Source: Eledone cirrhosa (taxonomy: Eukaryota). From it: DNA of 64,000 nucleotides. The stretch lies in NCBI GenBank assembly GCA_964016885.1, contig OZ024742.1, positions 201,810,001-201,874,000 on the forward strand, written 5' to 3'. The notes below the pieces were generated by a model. The model was not told where the DNA came from. It saw only the letters and a program-made list of their open reading frames with translations, and did no database searches. Position numbers and translations under genes: made by a program. This document shows, one piece after another, positions 55,569 to 64,000 of the stretch (position 1 is its first letter; the number at the start of each line of letters is the position of its first letter).

Positions 55569-58500
55569 GTTCTTCTGATTTTAAAATTTCACAAAGTTTT
55601 ACCAATAGAGAGAGAGTCGGTTTCTAACATAGACACAGGACTCTCTCATTGGAATTTACACAACATCAACTATGTAGATATGTATGCATGCATGTGTAGA
55701 TATGGATGTTATTGTATGTGTGGATGTGGATGTTTTGAGTTGTATGTGTGCATGTGTATATGCTTTGTATCTGTACATGTGTATATGCAGTAATTAGATG
55801 CAACATTTTTGGAATGTTTTACATAATTTTACTGTTCCAGTAATGAATTGTACTTGTAATTTCCTAACTAGTTGTGTTCTTTCGGTTCCTGTGAAGCCTA
55901 GCTTCTCAAGATTTGTATTGAGGCAGTTACTAACATATCCCAGTGCCCCAACAATCACAGGCATAAATCTGAAGGTGTAATCAGGATGGAGTATCTGAAG
56001 ATTTCTCATCAGTTCTGCATAAATATTCTCCTTTTCACTAATCCTTGATATTATATTGGCATCTGCTGGGCAGCTAATTTCCACTACTGTGCATGTTTTC
56101 TTCTCCCTGTCCCATATCATAATATCTGGTCTCTTATGCCTGCATTTTATTGGGGTCTTTACTGGAACATTCCCCCCGTACTCTTTCATATTATGTACAT
56201 GGATGTCTTCCACATTGTTGTAGCTTTTAATGTGTTTATTATCGGGGCTATGTTTTTTACGAACTGCATTGTACAGTGTTTTGGCCACTACATCATGCCT
56301 CATAGGTAGATAGTACCGCGATGACATCTTTGGACAGCTGCTGATGACATGGGTGATATCCTCGATGTTAGTTCTGCAGCGTCTGCACTTGTTATCACAT
56401 CTAGGTGTTTTGCCTGCATCCTTATCTCTTTTGTGAATCAGGTATTTCGTGCTAATCTCCTGTACCTAGATTGCAAAAGCGTATCCTTCAAAGTTGGAGC
56501 CAATATAGCGGTTGTTGGTCCAAGATAGACTACTTTCCTTATCTACATTGCTCTCACTCTGGAGCTTCCTGGCAACATATCCATGCATAATTCTTTGCTG
56601 ATAAGCATACAGTTTTTCATCCATGGATTTACTGCGATACTGCTGAGCGACATCCCTGGGTGTGAGTTTTTGATTATCACACAGGAAATATCTCCCAAGG
56701 ATTTCCTTCCCAACTCTCATGATCTTATCTGTTTCATGCAGATAGACTTGCTCAAGAAACAGGCTCCTATGCTTCGAGGTTCGTAGATGTTGTCGGAGAG
56801 ATATGATCCGACATTCAAATGTTGTCTGGACTGATGTTGGGCCTCTGCCTCCCTGCTTACGTTTCAAGTAAAGGCGGTCTATGTCACTGTTGATGTGGAA
56901 GTTTCCGGTGTTGTTCAGTATTTTTCGAGTTCCAACATCAACGGCTCGGATTTCGTCTATCGTCCAATTGAGTATTCCAAACGTTGGTGTTAGGACAGGC
57001 ACAGCAAACACATTGTGAGCCACTCTTTTGTTTTGCGCAGAGAGTTCCGATGACCAGATCTTTCTTAATCGGGTGTAGTATTTCCTGGTTACGCGTTCTT
57101 TATTACAGATACCATTATAGGATATGTTCTCATCTATCCCCAGGTATCTGTGGCAGTCCTCATCAGATTTCGGTGAAACAGTTAGACCATTGATGACAAT
57201 GTTGTTACATTGGGTTGCTGTTTTTCCCCGCTTTACAGTCATGCATGAGCATTTATCTTGGCCAAACTCCATTCCTACATCCGTTGTAACCAGGTCAAGA
57301 TTTTTCTTTATCCCATCCATGTTCTTGGCATAGAGTTTCAGATCATCCACAAAGAAATTATGGGTTAGTTTCGTATTTCTGTCCCCCTGTGAGCCAATGA
57401 TGTATCCCTCACATTTCTTGAGCAGAAAGGACAAGAGGTTTAATGACAAGATGAACAATATCACAGAGAGACTGTCCCCCTGAAATATACCCTTGCAATA
57501 TTTTATTTTATCAGTGAAAATAGAGTATTCCCTCTCTGTCTTTAACATTAGGATAGTAGCCCAAGAAGAAGACAGCCTCTCTATGGCTCTGACAATAATG
57601 TCTGGGACTTTAGCAAGTTGGAGGGCCTCTATCATCCAAGAGTGGGGAACAGGATCGAAAGCTTTTCTGTAGTCCAGCCAGACTGTAGTCATATTCCTCC
57701 TAAGTTGTCGCACCTACGACATCGCAGTTTTGTTGATTAGGAATTGTTCAGCACATCTCCAAACCCCTTTCTTTCCAGCTGCTTGTTCATCTGTGATGAT
57801 GCTATTATTTTCACAGTGATCTTGGAGGAATAGGTTCAGGCAGGCTGTACACATCTTATACATCAGGTTCTGGCATGCAATGGGTCAGTAGTTTTTTGCC
57901 AAGTGGGTGTCTTTGTTCTTGGGGTCCAGTAACGTTTGTGCTAATGTCAACCATTCTGGTATAAGTGTATCTCCCTTAAGAATTTGTTGGTAGAGGTCAG
58001 TAAGATACCTCCGATAGAATAATCATGTCTCTTCCTGGTGTTTTCTTATCTTGGAGTTTTCCTATCACAGTCTCAAGGGTACTCTCACTTATTTCGTATG
58101 TTTTTGTTGTAGTGTAGGAGCAATTATTCTTTCGGATTTCTCTTAGCCACACTGCATCTTGGTTGAAATTCTTCTTTTCACCCCATATTTTGCTCCAAAA
58201 GGAATCTATGTCTTTCTGGGATGGGGCTTCAGTGACACTTATTATTTTGTTCTTCATATCTCTATAGACTGATGTTTGGTTTCGTCTGAATCTTTTATTA
58301 ATCACTTTTCTCTCATCTACCTTCTTCAGGTATCGGCGTTTTTCGCTAACAGCTCTCAATTCTTGTTTGAGGGTGATCAGCTTATATTGGAGAGTTCTGG
58401 TTCTACTGTTACCAAACATCGTCTCTATTTTATTTTTCACTCTTTGTTGGTGAGGAGTGAGGTTTTTTTGTGTTTGTTTGCATGTAAGGAGCATTGTCAC

Positions 58501-59480
58501 ATGTCCTATGTTTTTTCGTAGGTCAGCACTCTTTTTTTCTATTTTAGTTATATATGATGGTATTTTTGGTGATGTTTTGTTCTTGTTAATATCTCTGCTA
58601 TCACCAAGATAATGCTTCACTGTCATTGCTAAGGCATATAAACAGGTGTTGATTTGCCAAAATGTTGGGGTTTTCATCCGTCGTAAATATTCATCCCCTA
58701 TTTCGTCAGTCGAGATAGACTCGGATGGTATACGTGGTGTCACATTTATTCGATTATTATTATTATTATTTCTTCGATTATTATTATTATCGATAGTGTT
58801 TTCCCCAGCATTCGAGGTAGACTTAGATGGTACAGGTGGTGTCAAGTTTCTTACAGGCATAGTTGTTTCAAGGCATTGTTCGACCTGGCTGCTAGGAAGT
58901 CTAGTAGCATGGCGACCTGTAGCACGTGATGTTGATTCCATGTTTGTTGTGGGGGACTTACAATTAATAATATTTATCTTATTTTTACGTTAAAAAAACG
59001 TCGCTTGTTGGCGTAATTGATTCGCTGTGAAATAATTTAGCTCTGGGTGCATTTCGTCCCAGTGTAGCTTCATTCTATTCATATAGCCAATGGAGGGATT
59101 GTTTATAACAATTAAATAAATTATTATTATGTTCGCAACTCCAAGAGAAATGCGATTTATAATTTCAGTTTCTTCTGTAGCTACAACTGAATAAAGTTTG
59201 TTTACCTTTCTTGTTATTTGTCTTCGATACTTCCTTAATTTTTTTGTTGATGTTGTGTTCAGCCATGCTGTTTGTAGCAAATCCTTGTAAAATGAATTAT
59301 GTATTTAGTCGGATATCTCTACGAATTCGAATAAAAGGTGTCTTCAGAAGGGATAGTTAGAAGAATAACCAGTTATTTAACCTGACTGTAGTTATGGCAT
59401 TACTGTCGGAGATAGTATTCATCTTAAATTTAATAAATAGTCTCCCACGCCAAAATATGCGACTGATCGCGTTGACTGTC
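55569..59480 (-). mobile_element. R4/Dong-clade non-LTR retrotransposon (RT + CCHC + restriction-like endonuclease), degenerate
   Basis: GYMNRMKLHWD, WLDYRKAFD.VPHSW, GIFQGDSLS, FFVDDLKLY, CRRC..HVISSC, RHD.VA, RPDIMIWD..VVEISCP; (TATG)n flanks. Confidence 0.9.
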
Positions 59481-59594
59481 TATGTATGTATGTATGTATG
59501 TATGTGTGTGTGTATGTGTGTGTGTGTGTGTGTATATAAGTATGTATGTAAATATGTATATGTATGTATATATGTATGTATATACATATATATA

Positions 59595-60130
59595 TCGGGT
59601 CACTCTTGAGTGCTACTGGTAACACGTAACCCAGTACAACCTGTCGCATGGTCGGGTCGTCGGCGACTAAACCGGCAACCCCACCAAGTTTACTTGGTGA
59701 GGAGGGTGATTTTGGTCACCCTGCAGGACACACAACAAAATCTGACAAAGAGCGGAACAACTCATAAGAGTCAACGGCCATCCGAAAGTGTGTAAATATG
59801 TATATACACATGTACAGCACGGTTAGACCACTGGGAGTGAAGGACCCTTAGCCTTTGTCAGGGCATTCTTCTAGGAGAAGGCAACTCAGAAAACTGTGAT
59901 GACACGGATATAAAACCTGCGGCTCAGTAGTTACCGATGATGTTGATCTTTTCTTCTTTTCAGGTTATAGCTACTGTCGCTCAGAGAGTGAGATTGGTTC
60001 AGTACACAGTCTTTCCTCACTTTAAAAAATATCTTCATGCACAGGTATTGCACGATAGAATTAATTAATAATTATTAATAATGGTATATCATGCAATGGC
60101 CATACTAGATAGCGAGCGGGCAGCCATCAT
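59595..60130. repeat. Diverged copy of the ~600-bp repeat
   Basis: Collinear with 14904-15511 over the first ~350 bp; same gcagccatcat end. Confidence 0.8.
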
Positions 60131-60154
60131 ATATATATATATGTATGTATGTAT

Positions 60155-63100
60155 GTTATCTCTTTCTCTTAATTTCGAGTATATTTTTTTGACCGGCCAC
60201 CTTCCTGGTGGCAAGGTTGTAAAAGAAAAGAAATTGTCATCCCTTGAATCGCAAGAATGTTTTGCAAATTTTGAAGGTGCCAGCTATCGCAGCCATTTGT
60301 AGACTATGAATTAGGAAGCTGTGCTCTTTGTCCGCAAATCCAAGTTCAGTCATACTTTGGTACAAGCCGGTTGGTATATAACACGTAGCTCCAATAATGA
60401 TGGGTATGAAGCTGAAGGTGTATCTTGGGTACTGGATTTGTAAACTCATCATCAATGGTCCGTAGATGTCCTCCTTCTCCTGTATTTTACTGACAACGTT
60501 TACATCAAGTGGGCAGCTGATCTCCACAACAGAACACGTTTTCAATGTGTGGTCCCAAACAACAATATCAGGCCGGTTGTGCTTTAATTTGGTGGCCATT
60601 TTTATTTTTAGGTTCCACCAGTATTCCTTAGTGCCATCTGTCTCAATATATTCTTCCTCGTTTGTTGTTAATTTTGTTTTCCGAAGTGCGTTCCAGATGG
60701 TTCTAGCTATCCCATCATGTCTCATGGGGAGGTACTAGCGAGATGACCTGCTTTTGCATCTGGCAACAATGTGGCTTACATACTCGATCCTTGTTTTACA
60801 TAGCCTACATTTATTGTCAGCTGATGGCCCTCCTATTTTGTGCAGGATATTTGGTAGGGAGTTCTTGTTCCTGTATTGCATAGAGATACCCCTCAAGGTG
60901 TGATGTCGTAAACTTGTCGGAACTCCATGCCAGGCTTTTTGAGTGGTTTATCCCTCTATGGTCTGTGTTTTACGTCTGAAGTATCCATGCACAACTTTGT
61001 CTGTAAATTGGTCAATTTTTTCATCTTGTTTGAACATTGAATAGGATCTTCCGATTTCTCTGGGTGAGAGATTTATATCAGGCTTTATTCCATATCTCTC
61101 CTCCAGATCAGTGGCTATTCTAATGATATATATTTTGTCATGCTCATAAACCTGGGCAAGGTGGTTGTCAACCTTTTTCCTCTGTTGAAGATGTTGCTTC
61201 AGTGTTACTGTCCGGGTCTGATATGATGTTAATATGGAATTTAGAGCCCGGTCACCTTCCTAGCGTGAGAAGTATAGCCTATCCACATCACCATTGATGT
61301 TAAAGTTCCCAGTAACACTGAGAAGTTTGCGAGTTCTAGCATCCATCTCGCTTAGTTCTTGCAGTGACCAGTTCAGCCAGCCAAATGTTGGCGTTAGAAT
61401 TGGCACAGCATAAGTATTGTGAGCAATGTATTTGTTGTACGCTGACAGTTCTGATGACCATATTTTCTTTACTCTTCTGAGGTATTCAGTTCTGGTACTC
61501 TCCTTATTTATGGGTCCATCATATCTGACATTCTCATCCTGTTCAAGATATCTGTAGCTGTCACCTGACTGTAGAGGTTGTATTGTCAAGCCGTTCATCT
61601 CTAGATTTCTAGAGGAGGGCACAGCTCTTCCAAGTTTTATTGCCAAATATGCACACTTGGACTCACCAAATTTCATTTTGATGTCTGTTGAAAATTGTGT
61701 AATGAGGTCCAATTGTTTCTTGATGTCATTTATATTTGGCCCATACAACTTCAGGTCATCAACAAAGAAAAGATAGGAGATACTTCTGGACCCACTTCTT
61801 TGTCAATCTTGTTTCCTGAGTAGGTAAGATAGTGGATTTAGTGAGAGAACAAAGAGTAGCACTGACAAGCTATCACCCTGAAAGATGCCCTTCTGGTAAT
61901 GTATCTTATCAGTCTTAACTTGCTCCTTCTCACCTCTAAGGATAACATTGGTGTACCAGTTCTTGGTCAGACGTTCAACAGCAGCTACCAGTGGTTGTGG
62001 GACTTTAGCTAACTGTAAAGCCTTAACAATCCACCCATGAGGTACACTATCAAATGCTCTTTGATAGTCCAGCCACACCACAGTCATGTTTCTCTGATTC
62101 TTTGTTGTTTTTTCTTGTATCATGTTATTAGTTGCAACCCCACACCTCCCTCTTTCCACCAGCCTGCTAAGGTGTTATGATGTTGTTGGTAGCACAGTGA
62201 TCCTGTAAGAACAGGTTAAGGCACCCATTATATAATTTATACATGATGTTTTGGCAGGCTATTGGGCGGTAAGTTTTAGTAAGGGTGGTTTGGTTATTTG
62301 GGGAATGAGGAGAGTAGTGGCAGTTGATAACCATCTGGGAATTTCTTGTGTGCCTATAATGGTTTCTGTAAACAGCCGTATGAGACCTTGTCGATAGAAA
62401 GTGAAATTCTTCAGTCAGTATCCTGTAATGAGGTCTGGGCCTGGTGATTTCCTATTCGACATTTTCTTGTAGAGCTGTTTCCAGTATTGACCCATCTATG
62501 TCATATTGTTTGTCTGGTCATGTTGGCAGTAGTCTTGTTCCAGTTCTTTAGCCAATTAGTTTGTCTGTTGAATCCGTCATCCGTTTCCCATACAGATCTC
62601 CAGTAGCTCTCAACCTGTTCTTTTGAAGGGGTGTCATTTACAGAGATTGAGCTTTTGCCACCGAAGCTGCGATAAACGATTAGAATCTCTGCCAAACTAT
62701 CTATTTAGCACTTGTCGTTTATGTGCTGTTGACTTATATTTTAGTCTTTCTGTTGTAGCTGTGAGTTGTTGTTTCAACTGGTGTAATTTGGAGTTTAAAG
62801 TTTTACATTTTGTATCTCCAAATCGTCTCTCTAACTTTTCTTTAGGTCTTCCTGGTGTCGTGTGAAGTTTCTCTCTATGTTGCATTTCATAACGACTGCG
62901 GTGTGTGAGATACTTCGTCTCAGGGACAAAATTTTGCTTTTTAAATTTCGCATCCACGCTGGTTCAGGCTTTTTGTTTGTATCTTGATTGCGTGGTTTTA
63001 GATGTTTGTTATATGATAGCATGTGACATCTGAAACATATAACAAAATGTTAAGCGTTTCAAATGTCGTTTCTACACCTTTAGATCGTATAGCCTTCAGA

Positions 63101-63753
63101 TAATTTTCAGCTATTTCGTTCACCGCTTCCAATTCCAATTTAGTAGGTTCTTTACTGATTCTGGTGTTGTATGGTCTGTTACTCACATTAAGGCTGTGTA
63201 TCTCTTGAAACATATCGTCCCAAATCACTTGTAAGGTGTCCACAAGTTTTTGGTGTTCTGCTTGTACAGTAGAGTCATGAATTTCAGCCTCGTTGTTGAT
63301 GTGGTGACAATTACTACTAGAGTTAGCTGACCTTTCTCGCTGTTCTTCAGTGGAAGTGGGATGGATTTCAGCACAATTGTTAGTGAGCTGTTCACTGTTA
63401 GATTTAGCTGGCCATTCTCTTTGTCTGTCAGTGGAGGTGGGGTGGTTGTCTACAAGGGCTGTATTTGTAGTATAAGTCAATTCCGTTGTATATTTCTTTA
63501 TAAATGAAATATAACAACGTTGCATTTATATGTTAAAGTGTATGTATCGTTCATATATCATAAGTGTATGTATCGTTCATATAAATAGGTGGTTTACAAC
63601 ACACTTACAGTTCAAACACTTATGTAGAATTATTGTATGTAATCTTACCGCGTAATGTAGCTCAACTTTTTCCAATATATGGTATGTTGCTTTCATGTAA
63701 GCCGTAATTACACACGTCCGATTATCGGACACTGACCACAGCGGTCGCCATTG
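60155..63753 (-). mobile_element. Second R4/Dong-clade element (different family), degenerate
   Basis: YRPIACQN, WLDYQRAFDSVPHGW, GIFQGDSLS, FVDDLKLY, CRLC..H..C, RPDIVVWD..VVEISCP. Confidence 0.9.
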
Positions 63754-63863
63754 TATGTATGTATGATTGTATTTATGTATGTATGTGGGTATTATGTAAG
63801 TATGTATATGTATATATATATATATATATATGTGTATGTATGTATATATGTATGCATATGTAT

Positions 63864-64000
63864 GTTCTTCTGGTTTTACAATTTCACAAATCTGTTCCCA
63901 ATAGAGAGAGAGAGTCGGTTTCTAATATAGTTACAAGACTCTCTCATTGGAATTTACACATCAACTAGGTAGATTATGTATGCATGCATGGATGCATGTG
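63864..64000 (-). mobile_element. 3' end of a further R4/Dong-type copy running off the window
   Basis: Matches the 55569-55700 3' UTR. Confidence 0.8.

Overview
This is a gene-poor, AT-rich eukaryotic window. It is probably from an octopod cephalopod, inferred only from my recollection of the tRNA-derived SINE family present. It consists almost entirely of (TA)n/(CA)n/(TATG)n/(CTA)n microsatellites and decayed mobile elements. No intact host protein-coding gene is supported, and most ORFs in the track are microsatellite artefacts. Recognisable elements are: a Naiad-type Penelope-like element (PLE) in inverted configuration, a Neptune-type PLE lacking its RT, two Tx1/L1-clade LINEs, a head-to-tail stack of R4/Dong-type RLE retrotransposons, CR1/L2 and RTE fragments, non-autonomous Helitrons, hAT-type MITEs, a Tc1/mariner remnant and many SINEs. 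The most striking signal is about ten small (140-550 bp) fold-back elements of several unrelated families sitting in (TA)n tracts. Each is built as inverted arm + arm + unpaired tail, and several carry a minimal type I hammerhead ribozyme (HHR) with a palindromic stem III. One family shows a fixed built-in hairpin at which the long fold-back originates. One HHR has a 1.35 kb HHR-bearing insert with a 13-bp duplication across its predicted cleavage site. All alignments and RNA folds were done by eye, so coordinates may be off by a few bases.
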